A program made the translations under genes and the position numbers. From Vicugna vicugna (Eukaryota): 64,000 nt of DNA. A model generated the notes under the pieces. That model made no database searches. It was not told the origin of the DNA and worked only from the letters and a program-made list of their open reading frames with translations. The stretch lies in contig MU058198.1 in assembly GCA_013265495.1 (NCBI GenBank), positions 2,182,419 through 2,246,418 of the forward strand, in the 5' to 3' direction. Below are positions 1 to 12,392 of the stretch, piece after piece (within the stretch, counting starts at the first letter, position 1; every line of letters begins with the position of its first letter).

Positions 1-41
1 GAAAGGGAGTCTCTTCAGCCATGTATCCTTTGTGCCCCTAG

Positions 42-232
42 CATGGAAGAATGTGAGGCGCTTTGTACCAGGCTGGCCATCATGGTAAAGGGGAAGTTCA
101 AGTGCCTAGGCAGCCCTCAGTACCTCAAAAACAAGTTTGGTAACGTATATATTCTGACAGCAAAGATTAAGATTGATGAAAATGAAGATAAACTAGCGGA
201 GTTCAAAGAATTCATTGCAACAACTTTCCCAG
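42..232 (+). CDS. ABCA-subfamily transporter (ABCA3-related, ABCA14/15/16 cluster), third-last coding exon; end of NBD2 and start of regulatory domain
   Basis: AG at 40-41 and GTAAGA at 233. Encodes (S)[33 protein letters not shown]...FIATTFP(G), the post-H-loop motif of ABCA NBD2, very like ABCA3 [33 protein letters not shown]. Upstream exons lie outside the window. Confidence 0.93.
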
Positions 233-1989
233 GTAAGAGAAGTAGGGTTGGCTTGTGAAAACTGTGTTAAGTCACGTATGTTGTGCTGCTGCATGTAATA
301 ATTAACTTTTTGCTGTGAATTACTGATGTTTATTTTCAATTAGGCTCCTTTGGGAATAATTTTTTTCTATGAATTTATTCCTGATTATGCTAAGAAGCTT
401 TCTCAAAATAGCAGAGGCTCTCACCAGTCTCTTGTAGGAACCAACCAGTAAGATAAATGTGTTCAGGTGTATTTATCTGGAGCTAAATTATTGAGGTTAA
501 GTCTCTATTTTTTATGCTTGATAAAAATTTTTTAGGTTTCCCTTTTCTGAGCATGTATCCTCTGCCTTTCCCTGACTCCTAAGACAGGAAATGCCTATGA
601 AATGCAAACAAGAACAATAAACTCCCTTTTCTCCTTTCAAGGAAATAATCTCAAGGTGCGACATAACTATTTTGCTTCTGTGTTCTAACTTCAGTAAGTG
701 CCTCTCTGTGCCCATGGTAAACAGTAATTTACAGCCAGCTTCTGTTTATTTCTACTCCCACTACTTTATCTAATCATTAAGTAGAGACATGGTAAGTCTT
801 TTAGTAAGTCTGACTGGCTTAGTCTCTGTCTTGAATAATCACTGTCAACAATGTGGTGGCCAGATAGTCAGGATGCAAAATTAAAAGCATGGAGGCTGTA
901 ACAATGGTAAAGCAATAAATGGTATTGTCCTACACTAAGGAAGTGACCATCAAAATGGAGAGGAAGAAACAATAAGAAATGGATATACATATTGGAATGG
1001 GCAACTCAAGTGGAGGAACCACTATATGGAGAAGATAATTCAGTATCAATTATATAAATTATACCTAGATATTCAGATAAATATGTTCATTAGGCAGCAG
1101 AATATTCATTTAGTTATTCATTCATATAATAAGATTTATGGAGCACTTATTGTATACAGTGTGGAAGATACTGAATTAATCACACAGGATCATATATACT
1201 GTGAGCCACTCCAACAGTGTACTTGGCCTGAAGCTGAGAGAGGACACAAAAAAAAAATGAGGACAAACTTGTCTTAAAGAAGATGAACACAGCAGCTTGA
1301 CTGTGAAACTATGTACTGCCAAAGAAACCCAATTACTTCTTGCCCCATCAAGAATACTGAGGTATGCTGCATGACTGTGGATGGGAATAACCTGATAGAG
1401 AACAGCAGCCAGAGCTCTCAGAGGGCATCAAAGCAATTTAGATCTTACAAATCACTTCCAAACCCTGTCAAGGTGAGCTGCTGGGGACATCTCAACTACA
1501 GATACCCACTCCTGGCCCACAAGTAATGCTTCATGCACCTCACCTGCACACAACAAACATCCTGTGACTGGCTCCCTGGGTGCAACCCCAGAGGTGTCAA
1601 GAGTAAGCCTCTGAAGACAGCTGATGTGCATGCACAGAAAGGTGGTCCAAATCTGCGGGACTGGGAGAAAGCACACAAACCTGAGCATTCAACATCACAC
1701 TAGAGAAAGCAGACAGTATGCTATTATGACCCAGCCTGGCATAGAAGGATCATATAGAAGGCATACAATCTTAAGAATTCACCTCCAAAAGGGAAAAAGA
1801 AGTATGAAGCAAGCACACCCATAGGGAAAGTCTGAGAAAGCCTCAGTCTCCCTAATGGGGTTGATGGAAGGCATCGCCTTCCTGAAGTCAGTCAGAAAAG
1901 AATGGAGGAGGTGACTGTTCTTTCAAATGTAAAGACTCGAGCTCGAAGTTAAGGGATGAGATATTCCACACAGCTGGAGGTATCAGCAC

Positions 1990-2820
1990 CATGATTTCAA
2001 GCTATGCTACAAAGCTACAGTAATCAAACCACTATGGCGCATGTGCACGCACGCACGCGCGCACACACACACAGATACATAGCTCAATGGGACAGAACAG
2101 AGAGCCCATAAATGAAATCACACTTACATAGGCAATTAATTTAAGAAAAAGGAGGCAAGAATACACAACAGGGAAAAGGCAGCCTCTTCAACAAATGGTG
2201 TTGGGAAGTCTAGACAGCCACATGCAAAAGAATCAAACTGGACTACATTCTCACACTGTATACAAAAATAAACTCACAACTGAATAAATACTTAAATGTT
2301 AAGACTTGAAACCATAAAACCTCTGGAAGAAAACAGGCAGTATGCTCTTTGACATCAGTCTCAGTAATAATTTTTTGGATATATCTCCGCAGGCAAGGGA
2401 AACAAAAGCAAAAACAAACAAATCAAACTAAAAAGCTTTCACACAGCAAAAGAAGCTATCAACAAAACAAAAAGGCCACCTACTGAATGGGAGAAAATAT
2501 TTGCAAACAGTATATCCAACAAGGGGTTAATATCCAATATGTACAAAGAACTCATACAACAGAACATCAAAAAAAAAAACCCAATTAAAAATGAGCTAAG
2601 GACCTGAATAGACATTTTTTTTTACAAAGACATACAGACGGCAAACAAGCAGATGAAAAGATGCTCAGCATCACAAATAATAAGGAAAAAGCAGATCAAA
2701 ACCACAATGAGATACCACCTCACACCTGTCAGAATGGCTATTATCCAAAAGACAGCAAATAACAATTGTTGGTGAGGATGTGGAGAAAAGGGAATCCTGT
2801 GCACTGCTGATGGAAATGTA
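1990..2820 (+). mobile_element. LINE-1 ORF2 3' fragment (decayed)
   Basis: Typical L1 ORF2 sequence (ctcttcaacaaatggtgttgggaa, aaaaccacaatgagataccacctcacacctgtcagaatggc) with frameshifts. Confidence 0.85.
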
Positions 2821-4850
2821 GGATTTCCAGTCAAGATGACAGAGTAGTATGACCACAAGCTCACCTCTCCTCAAGACTACAACAAAACCACAACCAACTG
2901 CTCAACAGCCATCAAGAAAAAAAGACTGGAGCCTAGCAAAAAAGATCCTCTTCTATGGGAAACACAGAGAGGGAACCACAGCGGGAAGGCAGGAGTGGTG
3001 TGCTTACGATATAATCATGCCCCATACTCCTCAGATGGGTGACCCACAAGCTGAAGAACAATTAAGTCACAGAGGCCCTCCCACAGGAGTGAGGGTTCTG
3101 GACCCTATGTCATGCTCCCCAGCCCAGGGTTCCAGAATTAGGAGGAGGAGACCCCAGGACATCTGGTTTTGAAGGCCTGTGGGGCTTAACTTCAGAAGCC
3201 CCATGGGACTTGGGGAGACAGAGATTTCATTCTCTTGGGAAGCATGCACAAGATCTCATGTGCACCAGGTCCAGGGGCAGAGACAGTGATTGCATAGGAA
3301 TCTTGGCCAGACCTGCCTGCTGATTTTGGAAGTTCTCCTAGGGAGGTAGGGGACGGCTGCAGCTCACCCAGGGAACATAAAAGCTGGTGGCGGACATCCC
3401 AAGAGTGTTCATTGACATGAGCTTTCCAGGAGGCTAACATCTTGACTGGATCATTAGCACCAAGACCCAGCCCTACTCAACAGCCTGTAGGCTTAAGGGC
3501 TGGGAAACCTCAGGCAAAACAACATACTGGGTGGGAGCACAGCCCCACCCATCAGCAGACTTCCTGAGCCATAAAGGCCTCTAGACAGGGCCCTATCCAC
3601 CAGAGGTCCAGGATCGAGCTTCACCCAGCAATAGGCAGGTACCAACTCCTCCTGCCAAGAAACCTGCATAAGCCTCTAGTCCAGCCTCACCCACCAGGGG
3701 GCAGATACTAGAAATAAGAAAACAACAGTCCCAACGCTTGTGGAAGGAATTCACAAACACGGGTCAGACTCTTCACTGGGACCAGCTGGATTCTGGCCCT
3801 TGGGTGACAAGAGAGGAGTGTACTGCTGGGAGACATATGACATCTCCCACAGAGGGCCACTTCTCCAAGGTCGAGAAACATAACTAAGCTACATAAAAAT
3901 ACAAAGAGACAGACAGACAAGATGAGGCAGCAGAAGAATATCTTCCAGGTCAAGGCACAAGATAAAATCCCAGAAGAAGAAGTAAGTGATGAGGATATAG
4001 GCAATTTATCCAAGACAGAGTTTAGGATGACGATGGTGAAGATATTCAGAGAACTCAAGAGGAGTATAGATGCACAAAGCGAAGTTTTTAGCAAAGAGCT
4101 GGAAAAGATAAAGAACACCCAAACAGAGTTAGAATAAAATTACTGAAATGAATCACACACTAGAAGGAACCAAGAATAGACTAAACGAGGCAGAAAAATG
4201 GGTTAGTGACCTAGAAGACAGATTAGTAGATACTGCAGAACAGAAAAAGAAAAAAAAATGAAAAGAAATGAGAATAGTTTTAGAGAACTTTGGGACAACA
4301 TGAAGCACACTAATATTTGCATTATAGGAGTCCCAGAGACAGAAGAGAGAGTGAAAGGACTTGAGAAAATTTTTGAAGGGATAATAACTGAAAACTTCCC
4401 TAACTTGGGAAAGGAAACAGTCACTCAAGTCCAGGCATCATGGAGAGGCCTACACAGGATCAGTCCAAAGAGGAATACACCAAGGCACATAGTAATCAAG
4501 TTGATAAAAATTAAGGATAAGGAGAGAATATTAAAATCAGCAAGAAAAAAGTAACAAATAACATATAAGGGAACTCCCATAAGATTATCAGCTGATTTTT
4601 CAGCAGAAACCCTTCGGGCAAGAAGGGAGTAGCATGATATATTTAAAGTGATAAAGGGGGAAACTTACAATCAAGAATACTCTATCCAGCAAGGCTCTCA
4701 TTCAGATTTGATGGAGAAATCAAAAGCTTCACAGATAAACAAAAGCTAAAAGATTTCAGCACCACCAAACCAGCTTTACAACAAATGTTGAAGGACCTTC
4801 TCTAGTCATCAAACCGTAAGAGAACAAAAATAATAAAGAGGAAAAAAAAA
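2821..4850 (+). mobile_element. LINE-1 5'UTR plus ORF1 (broken)
   Basis: Starts with an L1-like 5' end (caagatgacagagtag). ORF pieces 3922-4137 (MRQQKNIFQVKAQDKIPEE...) and 4258-4554 (LWDNMKHTNICIIGVPE...NFPNL...RNTPRHIVIKL) are L1 ORF1p. Confidence 0.88.
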
Positions 4851-4889
4851 AAGAGAGAGAGAGAGAGACCTACAAAAGATTGCTTTGCG

Positions 4890-5140
4890 GTCTTTCGTGG
4901 TTCCTTATAAATTCTGGAATTGTTTGTTCTATTTCTGTAAGGAATGTCATGAGTATTTTGATGGAGGTTGCATTGGATTTGTGGATTGCTTTGGGTAGTG
5001 TGGCTATTTTGATACTGTTGATTCTTCCAATCCATGAGTACAAGAAATCTTTCCATTTCTTCATGTCATTTCGGTTTTCAGAGTATAGGTAACCTCCTTG
5101 GTTAAGTTTATTTCTAGGTATTTTGTTATTTTTGATGTAA
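4890..5140 (-). mobile_element. Inverted LINE-1 ORF2 fragment
   Basis: Minus-strand ORF contains WKDFLYSWIGRINSIKIATLPKAIHK (L1 ORF2 WIGRINIVKMAILPKAIY). Confidence 0.85.
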
Positions 5141-5199
5141 TGGAAATGTCTCTGCCAGCTATAAAATTCTGGTTTTTGAAGTGGAAAAAAAAAGAGAAT

Positions 5200-6106
5200 G
5201 AAGGGCTGCAAATGGCAAAATATCCTTCTTTTTTATGGGTGAGTTGTATTCCATTGTGTATATATGTATTACATGTATATATATATGTAATGGAATACAA
5301 ATATATATAAATATATATATTGCATCTTTATTATCTATTCAACCATTGATGTGCACTTAAGATGCTTCCATATCTTGGCAATAATAATGTTGCTGTTAAT
5401 AGCAGGGTGTATGTATCTTTTTGAATTAATTCTTAATTTGTAGTTGGCTTTATTCCTTTGCTAACTACGTAAGTTTAAAAAGCTAAAGCTCTAAACATTC
5501 TTAGAAACAATGAACAGTACATATATGTAAATTTAAAAATATATGTGCATTAAAAAAAAAAGATCAAGCCTTTAAAGACATGGAAGAAATTTAAAAGATA
5601 TATTACTAAATGAAAGAAGCCAGTCAGAAGAGGCTACAAACTGTACAATTCCAACAGAAGGGCTGCAAATGGCAAAATATCCTTCTTTTTTATGGGTGAG
5701 TTGTATTCCATTGTGTATATATGTATTACATATATATATATATATATGTAATGGAATACAAATATATATATTGCATCTTTATTATCTATTCAACCATTGA
5801 TGGGCACTTAAGATGCTTCCATATCTTGGCAATAATAATGTTGCTGTTAATAGCAGGGTGTATGTATCTTTTTGAATTAATTCTTAATTTGTAGTTGGCT
5901 TTATTCCTTTGCTAACTACGTAAGTTTAAAAAGCTAAAGCTCTAAACATTCTTAGAAACAATGAACAGTACATATATGTAAATTTAAAAATATATGTGCA
6001 TTAAAAAAAAAAGATCAAGCCTTTAAAGACATGGAAGAAATTTAAAAGATATATTACTAAATGAAAGAAGCCAGTCAGAAGAGGCTACAAACTGTACAAT
6101 TCCAAC
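5200..6106. repeat. Tandem duplication of about 450 bp (5200-5655 and 5657-6106)
   Basis: Both copies begin gaagggctgcaaatggc and end ctgtacaattccaac. They differ in the TA tracts and by a T/G substitution (gatgtgcac vs gatgggcac). Confidence 0.95.
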
Positions 6107-9100
6107 CAAATGACATTCTGGAAAAGGCACAGCTACAGAAACAATAAAAAGATTGTGGTTTCCAGGGGTTTGGGGAGAGGGAGGGAGGAAGGAATGAATA
6201 GATGGGAGTACAATGGATTTTTAGGACAATGAAATTATTCTGTATGATGCTACAGTGGTGGCTACATGTCATTATGCATTTGTCAAAACCCATAGAATGT
6301 ACAACATCAAGCGTGAATCCTAATGTAAACTATAGACTTTGGTTGATAATAATGTGACCATGCTGGTTCATGGATTGTACCAAATATGCCACACTGATGA
6401 GGAATGTTGAGGGTAAGGGAGTATGTATGTGTGGGTGGGGAGGGCTATGTGCAAACTCTCTGTATTTTCTGCTCAACACTGTTGTGAACCTGAAACTGCT
6501 CTAAAAGAATAAAGTCTATTTAAAAAAAAAAACAATTTTAAAAAAGATCAAAATTGGAAGACTTACTATTCCTGATTAATTTCTGATTCAGGAAGTATAA
6601 AGAATAAAAAGATATATATAGACCAGTGAAATGGAATAGAAAGCCCAGAAACAAACACTTTTATATATGGTCAATTGATTTTCAATAGTTGGTTGAAAAG
6701 TTTAGGGTGCTGAGTTCATTCAGTGGAGGAAGGCCAGTCTTTTCAAAAAAAAAAAAATGGTGCTTAGAAAACTGAATATTCATATGCAAAAGAATGAAGT
6801 TGAACCCTTACTTTGTACCATACGCAAAATTTAACTCAAAATGGATTGAAGACCTAAACATAAGAACTAAAACCATAAAACTCTTGGCATAAAATATTGG
6901 GTAAAATCTCCATGACACTGGATTTGACAAGGACTTCATGCATATGAACCAAAAGTACAAGAAAGAAAAGAAAAATAGATGTATAGGGGTAAGGAATTAA
7001 GAGATACACACTACTATGTATAAAATAAATACACTTTGAGGATATATTGTATAGCCAATATTTTATAACTTTAAATGGGGGAAAATACTGCAAAAATACT
7101 AAATAACTATACTGTAAACCTGAAAATAATATAGTATTGTAAATCAACTATACTTCAATTAAACAAAGAAAAGAAAAAAACAGATGAATTGGACCATCAA
7201 AATTAAGAACTTCTGTGTATCAAAGGACACTGTCAAGAAAGTGAAGAAAACCTACAAAATGGGATAAAATATTTGCAAACAATATAATGACAAGAGACAT
7301 ATCCAGAATATAAAAAGATCTCCTAAAAATTAAAAAACTAATCAAAAATAGGCAAAGGACTTGAGTAGACATTTCTCAAAAAAAAAAAGTATATATATAA
7401 ATTATAAAAATAATAATTACTGAAATTAAAACCAAATGACTAGAATATGGCAGCCCAGATATATAAATGACCAATAAACACATGAAAAGATGCTCAACAT
7501 CACTAGTCATTATGTAAATGTAGATCAAAATCACTGGATATACCTTGAAAATGTTATGCTTAGTAAAATAAACTTTGGCTTATTCAGAAGGACAAAAATT
7601 GTGTGATTCCATTTACAAAAAGTACCTAGAAAAAGTTACCTGGGACTGGAGGCAGGGGTGATGGGAATTATTGTTTAATGGGTACAGAGATTATGATGAG
7701 AATGATGGAAAAGTTTCGGGTATAGGTAATGATGATGAATCCACAGTATTGTGAATGTAATTAATGCCACTGCATTGTACAATTAAAATGATTTAAATGA
7801 TAAATATCATGCATATTTTACTATGATGAAAAAAGACTCAGAAATTAGAGACTATCAAAAATGAGTAAGGCAGACTGAGGAATTTCCTTTCTTTTCAAGT
7901 TTACTATGAATCTTACTTATTAACAGATGTTGAATTTTATCTTATGACTTTAACACATCTATCAAAATGATTTCATAATCTTTGCCCTTTTTTCTGTTAA
8001 TGTGGTAAATTACATTGGTTGAATTTTTAATGTAAACCAACCTTGTATTCCTGGAATAATAAATCTCACTTAGTTGTAATGTATTCTCTTTTTTACATAT
8101 TGTTAGATTCAATTTGCTAGTACCTGATAAGTACATTTTCATCTGTGCTTAGAAGATATGTTGACCTGTAATTTTCCTTTCTTGTAATTTGTGGTGTCTA
8201 ATTTTAGGATCAAGGTTATACTGTCTCATAAAATGAACTGTGAAATGTACTTTCTTTTCCTACTTCCTGGGATACACAGTGGGAATGAGTTTGTATATTG
8301 ACTAAAAAATATGTACAAGGCTGTTTACTAAAGCACTATTCATAATGGCTGAAACCTATGAGAGTGGGACTCTATAAACGGGGGAATGGGTAAATAAATT
8401 ATGGTATGCTCATAACAGAATGGAGTATGATTGTTGAAGTGGAATACTGTACATGTACACTGGAATACTATTTATTGATGAGCATGCACAAACTACAACT
8501 ACATGGCATACAACCCAAGCACAATATTGAAGGAGAAAAAAGCAAACCAAAAGAATACTAGCTGTATGACTGGATTTGTATAATGAACCAGTGTTCATTC
8601 ACTTTGTGAAAATTCATTGAGCAATATAATTGTGTTTGTTTACTTTGCTGTATGTGTGAAATTTCAGAATTTTCTTTAAAAAGTAACAAAGCAGACTTGA
8701 AAAAAAAAGCGAACAAAGCCTTCTGAGATAAAAATTATAATTACTGAAATTAAAACCAAATGACTAGAATATGGCAGCCCAGTTTTGAATTTTCCCCAAT
8801 TTTTTCTTGCTAAAATGGAATAAATAGAATGAAATAATGGAAAACATCTTATAACAAAAGCTAAGTGACAGAGTATCCCCCAATAACCCGAGAATACATG
8901 CAGTTAGGCCAAATCACTGAAGCAACAAGACTCATACACAATAAGCAGTTACTCTGCACATAGCCAAGGGAAGAGAAAGAGCTAGTTTTGCTATTCCTAG
9001 CAGCTAAGATGACCAGAAATTGCTAAGTTTCAGAGAGACAAGTTTTCTTTATTGAAAATGTAACCAAAACAAGCTGGAAACAAATAAAAGGGTGTTCAAC

Positions 9101-9400
9101 ATCATTAGTCATCTGAGAAATACAAATTAAAATTGGCAATGAGATACCACCACACACACACACATCAAAATGGCTAAAATTTTTTAGTTGACCATACCAA
9201 GAGTTGGTAAGAAGTGAATAAAGGGGACTTTTACACATGGCTGGGCAGAATATAAAATACTTGGAAATTTTTGCCATATCTACTAATATTAATGATACTC
9301 GAACTTCTGCCCCATCAATTACACTCCCAGGAAAATGATTTTATTTAAACAACAGGAGGTAGGTAGAGAATGTTCAAAACAAAATTGTATGTAATAGCCC
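6020..9400. mobile_element. Mosaic of old L1M ORF2 and 3'UTR fragments in both orientations
   Basis: L1 3'UTR and ORF2 phrases, e.g. tttgtcaaaacccatagaatgtacaac, agcccagaaacaaac, gatgctcaacatcactagtcatt, and a minus-strand ORF2 piece near 7940-8250. Boundaries approximate. Confidence 0.75.
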
Positions 9401-9412
9401 CAGACCAGAATC

Positions 9413-9870
9413 TGTATTAGTTATCTCTTGCTGCATAACAAATTACAAAAAAAACAAAAAACAAAAAACTTAGTGGCATAAAACAATAATAAACACTTAC
9501 CACAGTTTCTGTGGGTTAGAAATGTAGGAGAGGCTTAGCTGGGATGTTTTCATTCAGAGTCTCTCATGAGGTTGGAGTAAAGCTATTGACGGGGACTTCA
9601 GTTATCTGAAGGCTCGCTGGAGGATCTGCTTCTCACTCACGTGGCTGTAGACAGACCTCCCCATAGGACTGCTTGAGTGTCCTCACAACATAGTGGCTGG
9701 TTTCTCCCACATCAAATGATCCTAGAGAGAACAAGACAGAAACCACAATATCTTTTATAAACAAGCCTCAGAAGTCATACTGTTATTTCTACAATAACCT
9801 GTTGACTGCACAGGTCAGCCCTCTTTATCATGGGAAGAGAATAAACAATTTTGTGATTACTAGGAGGCAG
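9413..9870. mobile_element. MaLR (MLT1-type) LTR
   Basis: tgtattagttatctcttgctgcataacaaattac...ttagtggc...cacagtttctgtgggt...ggcttagctggg is a typical MLT1 terminus. Confidence 0.7.
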
Positions 9871-11018
9871 GTGTTGTGTGTCCACCAATAGTCGGGGTAC
9901 AGTCACACACTGGAAACTTTATAGTAATGAAAATAAATGAGGTATAGCTATGTACAACAACATGGATGAAGCTTAAAAATATATTGAGTGAAAAGCCAGA
10001 TAAAAATAATACATACTATACAGTTGCATTCATATGAAGTATGAAGAAGGTAAACCAAACTATAATATTTAGGGTTCCAGACTTAGATAATAAAACTATA
10101 AAGAACAGCAAAGAAATGCTCACCATAACAGTCAAGAGGGTAGTCGTCTTTAAAGGGGAGGAAGTAAGCCTTGGTAGTGATACAGGTGACTTCTAGAGTG
10201 TTAGAGGCCAGTTACATGTTTATCAACTTTATTATAATTCACTAAGCTATACATGTATTGCCATATACTTTTTATATGTTTGATATATTTCAAACATTTA
10301 AAAAATGTTACTTACTCATGGAGGCTATGCAGAGATTCATTAGAAAAGAAAATCACTTACTATAATTGCTATATAGATTATTTGTTTCAAATATTTTAAT
10401 CCCAATTAATTCTACTTGTAATAATCTCCAACTGTGTAATAATATAAATACACCCTATCAGTTAGGAATGGCTACAATATTACTACCACAATTTTATTTC
10501 TGCAGTGAATGCCATCACATCTGTGTTACATAGACATCAATTTCCTCTTTCCTTTAGGATGAAGGTTACCTGGTTATGAGAACAGTATGGAGATCCTACT
10601 GTACACACACACACACATACACATGGGAAAAAAAAACACACCTAAATTTTAGGAGCACAGTTTCAGGACAATGATTAGAAACAGAGTCCTGTAGAACAAC
10701 AGAATTCATATGAGTGTGGTCTGGCAAAGTGAGCATGTGAGTTACCAATTTTTCCACACCTAAAAGTGATCATCTTAACCTCTGCAATTTTACAAACTAT
10801 GGGCAGTAAGACAGTATTTTATATGGAAGCAAATCTATTGAAATACTTCACAAAGTCATATATACTAAACAGAATGTAATTATGTCATCTGTATTAACTG
10901 CATATATTCTTTCTATTGGTGTGGATAATTGGAATGAGAATTATTTGGGAATTTTGTAAAACTCTGTCAAATACGCAGCCCTCTCTGTTACTCACCTGTC
11001 AAATCTTTCCTTTCTTAG

Positions 11019-11092
11019 GTAACATCCTAAACCAGGAGCATCAAGGGATTATTGGCTACTACATTCCCAGCAAGGGAATTTGCTGGGGAAAG
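11019..11092 (+). CDS. ABCA transporter, penultimate coding exon
   Basis: tttcttAG acceptor and AAG|GTGATT donor. Phase is compatible with exon 42-232. Encodes GNILNQEHQGIIGYYIPSKGICWGK (cf. ABCA3 [25 protein letters not shown]). Confidence 0.9.
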
Positions 11093-11479
11093 GTGATTGT
11101 TGAAATCATATCTTTCTAATATTATGTGTTAATAGAAGACTATTAGGAAGCAGTGTGATCCAAGCATGTGGAATGGGAGCATGACATTGGCAGAGGAGGA
11201 GAACCTATAAGATACTTTCCAAAGATCCCTATAGTTTGAATGAGACTTCTGACCTAAATTCTAATATTCCATACATATCAAGAGAATGGGAATGGAGAAC
11301 TGCCTCCTCTTCTCTCTGCTTTTCAGCCATCTTTCCCTTCTGCTTTCTAACTTCCCCCTTCCATATATTTTTGTCCCTAAGCATAAATCTGGCAAGAATT
11401 GGGGAATGATTGAGCGGGAAAAAAAGTCCATCTGGGGATACCGTAGTGGTAACACCGCCATTTTTTTTTTCTGTTAAAG

Positions 11480-11620
11480 GTGTTTCATATTATGGAGGAA
11501 GCTAAAAAACTATTCAATCTAGTAGACTATTCCATCAGTCAGATAACACTGGAACAAATCTTCCTGACTTTTGCTAATATTGATAAAATGGGAAATGATC
11601 AAGAAATAAAGCTGCTATGA
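11480..11620 (+). CDS. ABCA transporter, last coding exon
   Basis: Poly-T tract then AG at 11478-79. Encodes VFHIMEEAKKLFNLVDYSISQITLEQIFLTFANIDKMGNDQEIKLL*, containing the ABCA C-terminal DYSxSQxxLEQxFLxFA motif. TGA at 11618-20. Confidence 0.92.
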   Translation: MFHIMEEAKKLFNLVDYSISQITLEQIFLTFANIDKMGNDQEIKLL

Positions 11621-11688
11621 GATTCAGTTTCAACCAGAGACCACTGTCTTTCTTAGACTGCTGCCTGCAACTAGATACATAGAGGTAC

Positions 11689-11890
11689 CTCCCTCTCTCT
11701 CCCCTCTCTCCATTCATCTCTTTTCTCTTCTTTTCTCCTCCCCTCCTCTCCCCATCTCCTTCTTCTTCCGCTTATTTTCTTCTCCTTCTCCTCCTTTTTC
11801 TTCTTCTTCTTCCTCTCTCTCTGTCTCTCCCTCCCTCCCTCTGCCCCTTTTCTCTCCCCTCCTTCTCCTTTTTCCTCTCTCATTCTTTCC
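11689..11890. repeat. Homopyrimidine (CT-rich) low-complexity tract
   Basis: About 200 bp of almost pure C/T on the + strand. Confidence 0.95.
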
Positions 11891-12174
11891 ATGTATACAC
11901 AAACTGAACTCCCAAAGAAGAAAGTTTACAATCTTTGGTGATTAAGGTAAGTGACCTGTTGTCAAGAATGAACTGTGAAGGGTCTGATTTTACCTGACTT
12001 GCAAATTGTCGAGTTAGCTTACAACGGTTCCGTGAATACTGGCAGAAGACATTGGAATCCTGGGTCATAGACACAGAAAACTTACAGCAGTATCAGTATT
12101 CAGAGGTCATATTTGTGCCAGTTCCCCTATCCCTAATTCTCACAAGGCAACACAAAAAGAGCCAGGTAAGGCAC

Positions 12175-12392
12175 GTAAGTTTCATTACAGTATATTGTTA
12201 TAATTATTCTGTTTTATTATTAGCTATTGTTGTTAACATCTCTTACTGGACCTAATTTATAAATTAAACTTTATCATAGGTATATGTGTGTAGGGAAAAA
12301 CATAGTATATATAGGGTTTGGGACTATCCCCAGTTTCAGGCATCCACTGGGGGTCCTGGAACATACCCTCCTCAGATAAGTGGGGACTACTG
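12175..12392. mobile_element. MER44/Tigger-type DNA transposon end
   Basis: Ends gataagtggggactactg followed by TA, the reverse complement of the cagtagtcccc-type TIR with a TA target site. Confidence 0.7.

Noticed and set aside
11671..11902. Highly charged E/K/R ORFs on the minus strand
   Set aside because: Translation of the low-complexity purine tract.
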